Source: Pirellulales bacterium | GTDB lineage: Bacteria > Planctomycetota > Planctomycetia > Pirellulales > PALSA-1355 | Direction of reading: 5' to 3' | NCBI GenBank assembly: GCA_963733035.1 | Contig: CAVTBU010000005.1 | Location: 2,848,001-2,912,000, forward strand | Length of the DNA stretch: 64,000 nucleotides | Shown: in pieces, positions 11,063 to 23,014 of the stretch | Layout of the letters: each line of letters opens with the position of its first letter | Numbering within the stretch: position 1 is the stretch's first letter | The notes under the pieces: model-generated | What the model saw: only the letters and a program-made list of their open reading frames with translations | Told to the model about the DNA's origin: nothing | The model's database searches: none | Made by a program: the position numbers and the translations under genes

Positions 11063-12490
11063 ATGGAAGCGAGCAAATCCAACAAGACTCCCTGCCCGAA
11101 GTGCGGCAATCCGCTCCGATTGTCCGGCTTGCCCGCCGGGGAGCAGGTGCGCTGCCCGAAGTGCAACGGCCTGATTACCGTGGGAGGGGGTGCCGCCAGC
11201 AGCACCGCGAAGCGGACGCAGAAAACGAAGAAACAGCCGAGCGAGACGCCCGGCCGGCCTGTCGAACCCGGGCCACCTCAGGTGGTGGCCGTCAATCCGT
11301 TCGAACAGCGCGAGGCGGGCGAATTGCCGATCGCCGCGCCGGCATCGGCCAATCCCAGCGATGTGGATGATGACGATGCCTATGAGCCTGAGATCCCGTT
11401 GGTTCCCTCGACGATCGTACCGCAAGAGGTTTACCTGGACGCGAATTTGGGCGCGACAAAGGAATTGCGCCGCGAGGTCGATTCCAGCGGGGGCGACGAT
11501 CTGGAGGTAGATCGGCCGGCTGTGCCACGCCAGGATGACTCGGACCAGTATCTCGAAAGTGCTAAGCGGCGGGGCATCGTGCGCGAATATTTCACGCCGG
11601 ATCCGCCGCGATGGACGTTTTTGAGCGGCGTGTTTGGCTACCCTTGGCGCGGTCCCAACTTAGGACGCTGGGGAGTGATGTCGGTTTTTCTCAGCGTGGC
11701 GGCGATCGCTGACGCCAAGGCGATCGAGGCACTGGGATTGCTGGATGGCGATCTGACGATGACGACGTTGCCCGGCTTGTTCATCGCGGTATTTGCAATT
11801 GCCATGACCGTGCTCACGGTAATGTTCGTCGCGCCGTGCCTGCAAACGGCAATTCAGGACACGGCCGACGGCCACGATCTACCCCAGGACGGAACCTTTC
11901 CGGAATGGGACCAGTGGGCTTTCATGATGGTGGGATGGTTGAGCCTGGGCGCCTCGGCCGCGGCACTCGGATACCCACTGAGCCTGGTCGTCGGACCACT
12001 GGCGATGGCCGGCTCGTTTGTCCTTCTGTTTCCCGTGTTACTCTTGTCGGCGCTCGAGGCGGATTCGTACTTCTTTCCGATCTCGCCGCCGGTGCTTCGC
12101 TCGCTGGGATATCTGGCGGGTGGCTGGCTTGCCTTTTACCTCGTGAGTGGTTTGCTCGTCGGCGCTACCGCCGCGGCGATTCTTGCAGGGGTGGGCTCGG
12201 CACCGGAACTTACCTGGTTGCTGGCTGGGCCGGTGCTGGCGGCCGTGGCGCTGATTTACGCCCGACTGTTGGGGCGGCTCGCCTGGAAAGCCTCCGGGAC
12301 GACCATGGCCCCGGTGGAAATCAAGGGCGACGTCGATCCTGATGAAATCATCGAGACCGTCAAGCGGGCCGCCGAGCCCAAACGCAAAAGCAAGAAGCGG
12401 TCGCGGGTGAAGATCGTTGTGCCCGAGGAAATCGACCGCCATGAACCGCCCAGCGAGCGACCGCGAATCAATTTTCATCACCGTTCGTAG
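11063..12490 (+). CDS. Membrane protein with N-terminal zinc ribbon
   Basis: CPKC...CPKC, acidic linker, about 6 hydrophobic helices. Confidence 0.7.
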   Translation: MEASKSNKTPCPKCGNPLRLSGLPAGEQVRCPKCNGLITVGGGAASSTAKRTQKTKKQPSETPGRPVEPGPPQVVAVNPFEQREAGELPIAAPASANPSDVDDDDAYEPEIPLVPSTIVPQEVYLDANLGATKELRREVDSSGGDDLEVDRPAVPRQDDSDQYLESAKRRGIVREYFTPDPPRWTFLSGVFGYPWRGPNLGRWGVMSVFLSVAAIADAKAIEALGLLDGDLTMTTLPGLFIAVFAIAMTVLTVMFVAPCLQTAIQDTADGHDLPQDGTFPEWDQWAFMMVGWLSLGASAAALGYPLSLVVGPLAMAGSFVLLFPVLLLSALEADSYFFPISPPVLRSLGYLAGGWLAFYLVSGLLVGATAAAILAGVGSAPELTWLLAGPVLAAVALIYARLLGRLAWKASGTTMAPVEIKGDVDPDEIIETVKRAAEPKRKSKKRSRVKIVVPEEIDRHEPPSERPRINFHHRS

Positions 12491-13346
12491 GCAGGATGGC
12501 AAACACGCGGGCCGGGCCGCCCGAACCGGTTTCGATCTTCATCGGGGCGACGAAGAGATAGAAGCCCGTCGGGGGTAGCTTGTCGAGATGGGCCAGGTTC
12601 TCCAGCCCATAGCGATCGGCTTTCCCCAGCAGGTGATGCACCGGAAATTCGCGTGAGAGCCCGCGGTCGACGCTGAGCGTGTCGAGGCCCACCCCGCGCA
12701 CGTTCCGCTGTTTGATCAGGAAATCGACTGCCTCGGGCGCGAAACCAGGGAAGTGCAGGCGGTCGCGGACGTCGCGGTTCAGGTAGCGGGCGGGCTGTCG
12801 CCAGAATTTCGCCCAACCGGAATTTGCCAGCACGATGGCGCCGTCGGGAATCCGGCCGTGGTTGGCTTCGAAGTTCCGCACGTCGTCCAGCGTCACTAGA
12901 TAGTCGGGGTCGGCACTGACGGGTCCGGAGACGTCGATGACCACGCCAGGTCCAAATAGGTTGCCGGGTGGAATCTCGTCGACGCTGGGTCGGCCGGCTT
13001 CAAAATGGTTGGGGGCGTCGAGATGCGTGCCCAGATGCTCGGGGGAACTAAAGGCCTTCGATAGCACGCCGTCTTTCTCCAGCGTGGCAATCGTATGTAA
13101 TTCAAACGGCTGATAGTTGTCGCCCGGCCAGAAGGCGCTGTTTCGATTCAGCGGCCAGGCCAGGTCGACCAGCGGGAGTTTTCCGGCGGCCAAATCGGCC
13201 AACGTGGGCGGGAAGGCTCCGGCGGCGGGGTGGACGGCTGGGGGATCCTGGCCGGCGTCGGCCCGGGTGGTGATCCGCCGGTCCAGCCAAACGGAAAAAG
13301 CCAGACTGCAGGCCAGCGTGGGTAAGATCAACCATGGACGCTTCAT
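12468..13346 (-). CDS. Cyclase family metal-dependent hydrolase (kynurenine formamidase-like), probably exported
   Basis: HLGTHLDAPNH motif; DTLSVD; GLENL; hydrophobic N-terminus. Confidence 0.88.
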   Translation of the reverse strand: MKRPWLILPTLACSLAFSVWLDRRITTRADAGQDPPAVHPAAGAFPPTLADLAAGKLPLVDLAWPLNRNSAFWPGDNYQPFELHTIATLEKDGVLSKAFSSPEHLGTHLDAPNHFEAGRPSVDEIPPGNLFGPGVVIDVSGPVSADPDYLVTLDDVRNFEANHGRIPDGAIVLANSGWAKFWRQPARYLNRDVRDRLHFPGFAPEAVDFLIKQRNVRGVGLDTLSVDRGLSREFPVHHLLGKADRYGLENLAHLDKLPPTGFYLFVAPMKIETGSGGPARVFAILPTNGDEN

Positions 13347-13713
13347 CGCTCGAAGAATCTCCGGGCCGGCAGCTTTCGAAACCCTGGAAAAAACCTAGCT
13401 CGAAGGTGTGCGAAAGGCGCGCCCTCAAGGCGGAATATGCCGAGTGTAGCGTGTCTGTGGTCCGCCGCGGGGATGATCCGGGACGCGGGAAGATCGGCCG
13501 GCGGCGGGAAGACGGTAAAGTATTAAGGCAACCGTAGTTGACGGCGGGCCTTTGTTTCGGCAATATTCCAGGTATTCGTCGGGGCGTTGCGCCGACTCCG
13601 GGTGTGCCGCACGCGCATTCGATTCTGGGTGTTCGCATTCCCCTGACTCGGTTTGCTGGGAAGAATTTGCTGTAAATCGCTGTAAATCTTTGTCTGTTGG
13701 AAAGGGTACGAGT

Positions 13714-14213
13714 ATAGAACGCAATCAGAGGATCAATGAGCAGATCCGAATTTCGCCGGTGCGGGTGATCACGGCCGATGGGGAACTGCTGGGGATTATT
13801 AACACCGACGAGGCACTGGCCCGGGCACGCGAGGCAGATTTGGATCTGGTTGAGGTGGCGCCCAACGAGCGTCCTCCCGTTTGTCGCATCATGGACTACG
13901 GGAAGTTCAAGTACCAGCAAAAGAAGCGGCTGGCCAAGGGCCACACGCATCATAGCAAGATCAAGGAAATCCGCGTCCGCCCCAAGACCGGGGAGCACGA
14001 CATCGGCTTCAAGGTCAACCAGGCGCGAACCTTCTTGCAGCACAAGGACAAAGTGGTCGTATCGGTCATCTTCCGCGGCGCGAGCTCGCGCACATCGAAG
14101 AAGGCCGCAAGGTGATTGACCACGTTATCAAAGAGCTGGAAGAAGTCGGAAAGATCGAATCGGCCCCTTCGCACCAGGGGAAGCGAATCGTTGCCATTTT
14201 GGCGCCACGGTAG
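13714..14213 (+). CDS. infC: Translation initiation factor IF-3 (non-AUG start; apparent frameshift near 14078)
   Basis: [43 protein letters not shown]-terminus RELAHIEEG...ILAPR in a shifted frame; ATA 13714 after GGAAAGGG. Confidence 0.92.
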
Positions 14214-14322
14214 GTCGCGACACAACCCAGGGAACGCCGCCGTTGTGACCTTGCTGTAATCGCAGGCGTGTTTCCGCGCTTGCGGTGCGCGCAGACCGGT
14301 GGGAACCTCGCCCCCGCGTCAC

Positions 14323-15969
14323 TCAAGCAAAGAACCAGCACATGCCGAGCGTGCAGGCCACGAGGAGGATGGCCCACAGCTTGTCGTTTTGCCACCAGGG
14401 GCGCGATGCCGTGGCTTCGCCGCTGCGCTCCTGCTTGAATCGCCGCCAGGTGAAGTGCTCGCGCTCGGAGTCGCGCTCGTGCCGGGTGAACAGGCTAACG
14501 ACGAGGATCACGACGTAGCAGGCGACGGTGGCCAGGCCGGCGCGATGAAATGCCTGGAGCTGGTGATCAAACAGGCCGGCTGCACCGCGCTCGAAGGCGA
14601 CTGACAAGAAAGGGCCCGCCAGAATGCAGGCGAAGGACGCCGTTCGGGTGATCAGCGGCTGCAAGATGCCGGCGACGTAGGCCACGATGACGCCGGGCAC
14701 CAGGTAAGCGTTGTAGTCGGCCATTTTATTGAAGATGCCCCCCTTGGTTTGGCCGTAGTACAGCGATAGCAGGATGGCCAGACCGACCATGGCCAGCATG
14801 GCGAACCGGCCTACCCAGATCAGATGCATTTCCGAGGAGTCGGGGCGCAGGTACTTGCGATAGATGTCGAACGTGAACAGCGTGGCCGTGGAGTTCATCA
14901 TCGAGTCGATCGTCGACAGGATTCCGCCCACGAGCCCCGCCATGACGATGCCCACCAGACCATAACCGGCGGGCAGCAGCGTCCGAGTGAGCCCGGCGAA
15001 GGCCGTGTCACTTTCGGTCTCGGGATTGATGTCGAGGATGAACGCCGCGGCCATGCCCGGCACGATACACAAGAACGGGATCAGCAACTTGAAGAAGCCG
15101 GCGGTGATCACGCCGGTTCGCGCGTCCCAGCCAGAGCGGGCGCCCAGCGTGCGCTGGACGATGAACTGATTGGTCCCCCAGTAGTACATGTGCAGCACCA
15201 TCAGCCCGCTGAGCACGCCGCTCCAGGGGAGCACCGGGTGACTGGCTTCGAAGAAGACGTGGAACTTCTCGGGCTGGCGCTCGAGCAGGCCGGAAATGCC
15301 ACCCACGTTGGGATGCCAGATGGCCAACACCGCGACCGTGCCGCCGCCGATCAGCAGCAGGATGCTTTGGATGAAATCGGTATAGATGACGGCCTTCAGT
15401 CCACCGAAGACCGTATAGGCCGCGGCCACGCCGGCCAATAGCCAAATGGCGGCCTGGTAGCTGATGGCATAGTCGGAACCGGACAGGAGTGTTTCGACCG
15501 TGAGGGCCCCGAGAATCAGCGTGCCGACCATTTGGATCAGCAGGAACGCCATGTTGGTGATGGAATACAGCAAGCGGCTGCGATCGTCGAACCGCCGTCC
15601 GAGATATTCCGACAGCGTGTAAACGCCCATCTGCCGATAAAAGGGGAGAAAGAAGTAACAAAGCATTAGCAGACCGAAGATCGCACCGAACTCGAAATTG
15701 GCCTGGGCAAAGCCCTCCTTGAGGCCGGCGCCCATCATGCCGACCATGTGGTGCGAGCTGACATTGGTGCCGAAGATCGAACCGGCCACCACCCACCAGG
15801 CGACGCTCTTGCCGGCCAGAAAGTAATCGGCCGTTCCGGATTCCTTGCGTCCGATCCACATGCCGAAGGCGGTAACACCCAGTACCGTGCCGACCAGGAT
15901 GACAAAGTCGAGGACATGCAGAGGAAGGCTGGCGCCGTCGGCAAGTAACAGGGGAACCAAAGAATTCAT
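14323..15969 (-). CDS. Sodium:solute symporter (SSS) family transporter
   Basis: DYFLAGKS, YTLSEYLGRRFD, GGLKAVIYTD, NQFIVQRTL; many TM helices. Confidence 0.92.
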   Translation of the reverse strand: MNSLVPLLLADGASLPLHVLDFVILVGTVLGVTAFGMWIGRKESGTADYFLAGKSVAWWVVAGSIFGTNVSSHHMVGMMGAGLKEGFAQANFEFGAIFGLLMLCYFFLPFYRQMGVYTLSEYLGRRFDDRSRLLYSITNMAFLLIQMVGTLILGALTVETLLSGSDYAISYQAAIWLLAGVAAAYTVFGGLKAVIYTDFIQSILLLIGGGTVAVLAIWHPNVGGISGLLERQPEKFHVFFEASHPVLPWSGVLSGLMVLHMYYWGTNQFIVQRTLGARSGWDARTGVITAGFFKLLIPFLCIVPGMAAAFILDINPETESDTAFAGLTRTLLPAGYGLVGIVMAGLVGGILSTIDSMMNSTATLFTFDIYRKYLRPDSSEMHLIWVGRFAMLAMVGLAILLSLYYGQTKGGIFNKMADYNAYLVPGVIVAYVAGILQPLITRTASFACILAGPFLSVAFERGAAGLFDHQLQAFHRAGLATVACYVVILVVSLFTRHERDSEREHFTWRRFKQERSGEATASRPWWQNDKLWAILLVACTLGMCWFFA

Positions 15970-16081
15970 CGGTACTCCGCCGGGTACACGGGAGGGTGCC
16001 AGCCGAGGCCAGCGAGTCGGGCCGCACTAAACTGCTCAGCAGCGTAACCCAACTTGCGGGCGGAGCCAACTCATGTCGCGC

Positions 16082-18065
16082 TCATTCGTCGGCCTGGCGA
16101 AAGCGCGCCGGTCGAGGTGCGGCCAGGGCCGCGAGCTGCGGTACGTCAAATTCGCCGAGCAGCCCGAAAGCAAACAGTTCGGGCATGGTTTCCACGGCGA
16201 CGTTTCGCTCGAGCAACTCGTGAAAGCTCGTTAGACCATCGACCATTTCGATGTCCGCGATGGCTTCGCTTTCAAGTGCGGTCGCGACTAGCGCGGCGGC
16301 CGACGCCCGCGGGCCGACGGCCACGATTCGAGGCGCGCTCGCGTCGCTGAAATTGGCGGCCGCCCAGCGGGCCACGGCCGCGATCTGCGCCGCCTGAATG
16401 CCGAGCGGTCGCTGGCCAACCGTGGAGACAAAGAGCGGGTAGACGTAGTCCGGATCTTCCGCCTTGAGCTTTGATTCGCCCCAGAGCAAGGGGTCCAGCG
16501 CGATGACGCGATGTCCGGCATCCAGCAGCCGCTTGACCTCGGCCGACTGCGAAACACGCCCTCCATCGGCAACAAGCAGCACGGACCCGGTGGAGTCCTT
16601 GGTGGTGTGCGTGAAGACCGTGGCGGGTACCGTCCAATGGCCGCCCAGGGTCAGGCGGTAGGTGGCCGTGGGATGCGACTCTGCGGAGATCGGTTCGTGC
16701 TTGGAGGAGGTAACTTCGTAAGTCGGAACGCGCAGCAGCCTGGTCAATCGCTCGCGCCCTGGCGCTGCCACTCCACCGACGGACCCTCATGCGAAGGCAG
16801 TTTGTCGCCGGGTGACAATTGAGCGGCCAGTGATCTGGCCAGCAGATGAAAATCAAGGTTTCCCTCCGGCAGCGGAACTAGCAATTGCTCGGCGTTTTTC
16901 AACTCGCCCTTGCTGTCGATCTCGGTACGCACGTAGTCCTTGTCGGCGGGAAAGAAATGATTTCCGATGAAAGCGTAAAGCTGTTCGCGATTGTCCTGCT
17001 CGAAGTTATGCGTGCCCGGCGTATGGTTGACGTGCGCGCGCAGCTTGAAACGGGCATCATAGAGTTGAAAGATGGGGCCGGCGGCGTTCAGAAGGGGTTC
17101 CAGCGTGTGGCCGCTCTTGAAGCAGCAGTCGTCCTTGATGTTATAGGTGAGCAGTGTCGGCCGCGGGTGCGCAGCGCGGTCAGGTGCGTGTAGTCGGCCA
17201 GGGCCGCCAGGTCCGTGGGAGCCTGTTCCGAGTCGCCCATGTCGCCGTAAATGATGTTCGTGTGAAAGCTGCCGTAGCCGGCCACCGGGTTCGCCAGCGT
17301 CACGCGCTCGTCGAGGCTGCTGATAAGAATCGTCTGCCAGCCACCGCCCGATAGCCCTGAGACAACGACCCGCGAGGGATCCGCATTCTCGAGCGCCAGC
17401 CCAAGGTCGAGCGCGCGGCTCATGGCCAGATAAAACGGCGCGAGGCCGCTGGCGCCGCACAATTCAAGTTGGTTCATTCGCCCGTGCGCAAAACCTTCGG
17501 TACGGAGCTGCCCCATGCCGAACCATTCGATGTCGAGTACCAGGAGGCCGCGCTTGGCGAGGTTGATCGAGCGAAGCTGTTTATACTCCGTGGCTTTGCC
17601 CTTGGGATCGTGACCGTTGACGTGCAGGGCCAGCGGAACCCGGCCCGTGAGCTTGTCGGGCACGTAGAGCAGGGCGGGAATCCACATGCCGGGAAGCGCC
17701 TCGAACCGCAGCTTGCGGATCTGGTAACCCGGCCCACCGGGGATCGTGTCGAGCCACTGGACGTCGGTTTCGGCGTCTCGCCACTTGGCCGCGGTGCCGC
17801 GAAACACAATGCCGTCCAGGATTTCGCGTCGCAAACGGGCCGCACTTCGTTGCCACTCGGTTCGATCGGCACAGCGGGGCGGCTGGACGATCAGCGGTTC
17901 GACAAAGGCCTTCATCTCGGCGAGCGGTAGACCGGCGTCCAAGATTGGCTGCTTGAGCGCGGCCTCAAGAGACGTCGGATCATCGGCCGCCATGACGATG
18001 GGCGGTGTCAGAACGGCGTGCAGCAGCGTACAAACGACAACAGACGCCGGAGCGATCGCGCGCAT
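16082..18065 (-). CDS. Secreted two-domain alpha/beta hydrolase, acetylxylan esterase-like (apparent frameshifts near 17169 and 16758)
   Basis: Three consecutive ORF pieces; NGH, GLSGGG nucleophile motif, DDCCF, GTHNF. Confidence 0.7.
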
Positions 18066-18075
18066 CAGGTCCTCG

Positions 18076-21000
18076 CTATTTCTCGGGATCGACAAAATCC
18101 GGCCTCGTGCCGATGTCGTACTGCATCTGTTTGAGGAACGCCAACAGGTCGGCCATTTCCTGCGGGTTGATGTTTTTTTCCAGTCCTTCGGGCATCAGCG
18201 ATTTGCCGGTGCTTTTGATCTGATCGATGTTTTGCTTAAGCACGGTTTCGCTGGCGGCTTTGTCGCGCGTAAGCGTGATGCTGGTGGCCGTCTCCGTGCG
18301 GATCAATCCGGTGAGGGTGCGTCCGCTGTCATCAATGACGACGTAGTTGACGAAGCCGGGATGTACTTCGCGGTTGGGATCGAGAATCGCTTCCAATAGC
18401 GCCCCGTCGGTGCGATTGCGCACCAGGGCCAGGTTTGGACCGACCTCGAATCCACGATCCGCCAGCCGATGGCAGATCATGCACTCGCGCTGATAAACGC
18501 GATCGCCGCGTGAGGGATCTCCCGACAGCGATAGCGCCATCTGGTATTGGGTGACGGCCTCGCCACGAGGGCTGTTGTCGGCCGCAAACAGCTTTTCGGC
18601 CCGCTGGCGCACGGAGTCATCCTGGTGATTCAGCAGGGCGACGCGACGTTGCCCGGAGATCTGCCCAGCATTGACGGCGCCGCGATCACACGCTTCCAAT
18701 AATCGCATCGACCAGGAAGTGCGTGACGTGAGCACGGCGATGATTTCTTCTTGCACTTTGGGTGTTGATCGCTGCCAGACGGCGACCAAGCCGTCGGCGA
18801 TCGCGGGTTCCTGCTGACCGGCCAGTGTTTGCAGGGTGAGAAGCTGGAGCGACTCGGGCTGGGCCGGATCGACCAGCCGCATTAACACCTCGACCAGTGT
18901 GGCGCTGCCCGTGCACCCCAGTAGCCGCACGGCGGCGAGTCGCGCGTCGAGCGGTGCCGAATCATTGACCGCCGCGCGAGCTGCCTGATCATGCAACTGC
19001 GCGACCATTTCGGCGGCACGTGTCGAGGCACTGACGGCGTCCAACGTGCGGCCCGTTCGTTTCAGTTCATTTCCCAATCCGAGGACGATCGTGCGTTGGA
19101 GCGGAGAACTGTTTGGCAACGTCGCGGCCAGATCGAGCACTTGTGATGTTTCCGCGGCATCGTTCCGCACGCCGACGATCGTGGCCAATTCTCGGCACCA
19201 TGCGTCTGCTTGCGGCAGCTTCAGCCAGGGGGCTCTGCGAACCAGCTTGCCAAGGAGCTCACCGCTGCGCGTGGCACACGACGACAGCACGGCCGTGCGG
19301 GTCCAGGAGTCCGCGGCATCGCGCGTGGCGATCGCCGCCAGTGCTTCCAGGGCGCGAGGATCTGGCGATTCTCCCAAGGCAAAGGCGACCTGAAATCGCA
19401 CGCCGGGATCCTCATCCTCGGCGAGTTGCAGGACTTTTTGCAGCAGCGGAGCGGACGCGTTCAATCGCCCGGCCGCCAAACGTACCGCGTGGTCTCGCAC
19501 GCGAGGTGATACGTCGGAGAGGGCCGCCAAAAGTTCTGCTTCGCGGAGCGACTGCAGGCCGTCGAGCGAATAGAGAATGTGCATCCGCCCGACCGACGAA
19601 GGCGCATCTTGCAGTCGCTTCCGTAGTCGGTCGACGATCGAAGGATCCTGCCGCTCGAAGATCAACCGCGCCGCCGTGTCTCGCCACCAACCGCCGGGAT
19701 GTTCCAATATTTCGGCCAGCTCGCTGGTCGTGGCGCTACCCAATTTCGGCTGAGGGGGAGTCTTGAAGCCTGGCGGAGCGAGGCGATAGATGCGCCCCTT
19801 GTCGCGGCCGTTGGTCAAATCGAGATGCTTCACCACGTCGTTGGCAATATGGATTGATTCGATCACCTCGCGGGACATATCGAGCACGTACAGTGTTCCG
19901 TCAGGAGCGTTGATGCAATTGACTGGCCGGAACCAGGTATCGGTCGAACGGACAAATTCAGAATTGGCATCGGCCCGTTCGCTGCGGAACGTGACTCCGT
20001 CGGGAATCAGCTTGCGGTGATGAATCAGGTTGTTCTGCGAGCAGCCGACGAACACGTCGCCGTGGTACTTCTCGGGATAGGCGTGGCCCCGATAGACCGT
20101 CAGGCCGGCGGCCGCGTCCATCACGTTGTGACTCAAGCCGGCTGAACGCGACGAGCGCTCGCCCGCGATTAACCGCCGGGTCGAGCGAATTTGTCGCCAC
20201 CGCTCGACCGGGCTGATGCGAAAGATGGGCGTTACTCCGGGCGAAAGATCTTTTAAGCCGCTCGACACGGCCAGATACGGATTGCGGGCCAGATACCGCT
20301 GCGGCAAAACGACTTGCACCAGCGGATTCGACTCGCTGCAGATAAACCGATTGAACCAATCATCGAACGCGTTGCCGAACTGTTCGCGTCCGGTGATCGT
20401 TTCGAAGTTGCCGGTGACCGGGTCGAACCGAAAATCGCGGCCCGAGAGCACGATCGGCGGCGAGTCTTGTTGATCGGAGCGCGTAATTTCGCCGCCGTTG
20501 GTGGAGCCGGCACCGTAAATCTTGTGATCGATGCCCCAATTCAGATTGTTGACGCCCCCCTGTTGATTGCGATCGCCGAAGCCGGTGTAGACGCGCTCGC
20601 GCTCGTCGGCGACGTGGTCACCGTCGTTGTCGCGGCAGTACCAAATGTCGGGAGCCGCGGCGATGTAGACACCACCTTTCCAACACACCACGCCCGTGGG
20701 CCAGGCCAACCCTTGGGCGAAGATCCAACTCTTCTCGTAGCGGCCGTCGCCGTCGGTGTCTTGCAGGTAACGCACGCGACCCAGCGGCGGCCCATCTTGC
20801 GGCCGGTACGGGTAGTCGGTCATTTCGGCCACGTACATGCCGCCGTTCTCGTCGAAGCAGGCGGCGACCGGATCGGTGACTTCCGGTTCGTGGGCCGCCA
20901 GCTCCAGGTGGAAGCCGTCGAGGACTTCGAACGATTTGAGGGCCTCGGCGGGTGATTTTGCCGGAACCGGTTTGAGGAACTCGGCGAGCGCCTCGTCCGA

Positions 21001-22786
21001 CGCGTGCTGGTTCACCAGCGCCTCGATTTTGGGAGCAGCCGCGCTGTCGCCAGCGGTGACGCTCGCTATTCCGCCACTCAGTTGCGCCTCGACGAGAATC
21101 GCCCGCGAGCGGCGGAAATACTCGACGGACTTCTCGCGTTCCGGTACGTCGCGGGCAGCGTGGTCGGCGATCTGTTCGTCGATGCGTTGAATCAGCCAAT
21201 TTGCGGACGAATGGGAAAACGGGCGGCGGCCGTCCAAATCGACGTAGACGGGATTCGTATGGGCTTCGGCATCGGCGCTGCCGGTGGGCGAAGTGGAGAA
21301 CGCCCGGGCGGCAATCCACGAGGGCTCGGTGATTTCCACGGTCTTTTCCAGTTCGATCTGCTGGCCGCCTTCTGGCTTCGGCTGAGCTTTGATCGATTCG
21401 ACGACCCGGCCGTTAACGATCAGTTGCACGTCGGTCACGGGGCAGGTTTCGCTGCGGACGACGATACGAGCGGTACACTGCTTGGGTTTTCCGTCGTCGG
21501 TTGTAATCACGTCGCCAGGCCGCTTGCCGTCGACTTCCAACAGCACGAGTGGCCCGCTCGTCATGAAGCTTTGGCCGGCCGCGGCGGCTGCGAGCCATTT
21601 TTCAAACGTCGGCTCGCCGTCGATGTGGACGTAGGTCCGCGAATCGCCCAGTTTGCGGCAGGCGGGATAATCGCAGGCGCCGATTCCGGGAAAGCGGAAC
21701 CCACCGTTGAGCACGTGGTACCAGCCCTGTAGTCCGATGCCGCGATAGATGCCGAATTGCAACAGCTCGACGCCGTTGGTGGCTCCCTGCACGAGGTCGG
21801 CCCAAATTTCCTGGGAATAGCCGCCGTGGGCATGGAATGCGTAGCCGCCCTGGCGGCGGGTCTCGCTGGCGATGTCGCCAAACGCGGGGCCAAGATTAGG
21901 GTCCAGGTGTTGACCGCTCAGCACCAACGAATCGCGCAAGTAAAGCAGCATGTGGCCGGAAACAACGTTGCGATACTCCTGACCTGAGAGGATCTGATAA
22001 TCGCCCCGGCGGCGAATCGATTTGTTTCCCAGCCCCTGAAGCTGCGGGGTGACAAGTTCCGGCATCGTTCCGGGGTAGTCGTTCGTCTCGTTGTAGGCCA
22101 GCACCATGCCGAACCGCATGTCCTCGGCTTCCAAGAGATCGAAGATTCGCTCGTCGTCACGGGCGCGTAGCGCGAATGAAATGCAAATGCGGATCGCCCG
22201 AGTACCAGCCTTGTTGGGCCATGGGCGTGGTAACGGTAAGCGACAGGCGGACGTCGCGCTCTTCTCCGGCTTCCAGCTCCACCTGGTGTACCAGCGGGCG
22301 ACATTCAAAACCTTTCCAGACCTCGACGCGAACCTTGCCGGCGGGCACGTCGACGCGAAACTCGCCCGTCGTATAAAAGAAACGGCCAAAGTAGCGGATG
22401 GGGGCCTTGCTGGGACGATTGCCGGAGAGCGTGTCGGGCCAGGTGCCGTTGAGGCTATAGTCGGACAGCGGATTGTCTTGGGGCTGATAGAAGTTGCCGT
22501 CGGGACCGACGACGTTTACACGGCAGGGGGTCGGTTCGCCGGTCGACTGGTCGAGGATGGTGACCTTCAGCTGCGCCGTATCGGGTCCTGCGGCCACGGC
22601 AACTTTGCCTTCCTGGTTGAAGCCGGGCGGCGTGAAAATGTAGGCTTCGTCGGCAGCCACAATGGGTGACTTGTCGAACTGGCCACGTTGAGCCAATGCC
22701 TGCGATGGGAAGCCGACCGCCAGACAGCATGCGATCGCGGCAAGTCCAGGGATTGTCATCGGCGAAGGCCGCAGAAGTTCGCGCAT
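18076..22786 (-). CDS. Fusion of CehA/McbA-like PHP metallohydrolase and PVC-type heme-binding CxxCH dehydrogenase-like protein (apparent frameshift near 22165)
   Basis: N-terminal piece ends in GDPHLH; then HAH, ACDYP, AHTNPVYV; then AAHEPEVTDPV, HEAT repeats, CMICH and SLMPEGLE; start may be 22759. Confidence 0.75.
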
Positions 22787-23014
22787 CGTCGTTTGCCGGA
22801 AGGAGGGTCGGGTAGGCAACCGCGGCGACCGAAGCTCGGGTCGCCCCGGCGAATCGTCGAAAACGATGCTACCCTGCCACGGTATCCGTCGCAATCATCT
22901 GGTTGCTGGTCGAACTGGCGAAATGGACCGCGAACTGGAACATAGCCACGTGGCCTCGTGAGGAATTAGAATGAAACCCGATCCGGATTTCGTTCCACGC
23001 GGGCGACAAACAAC

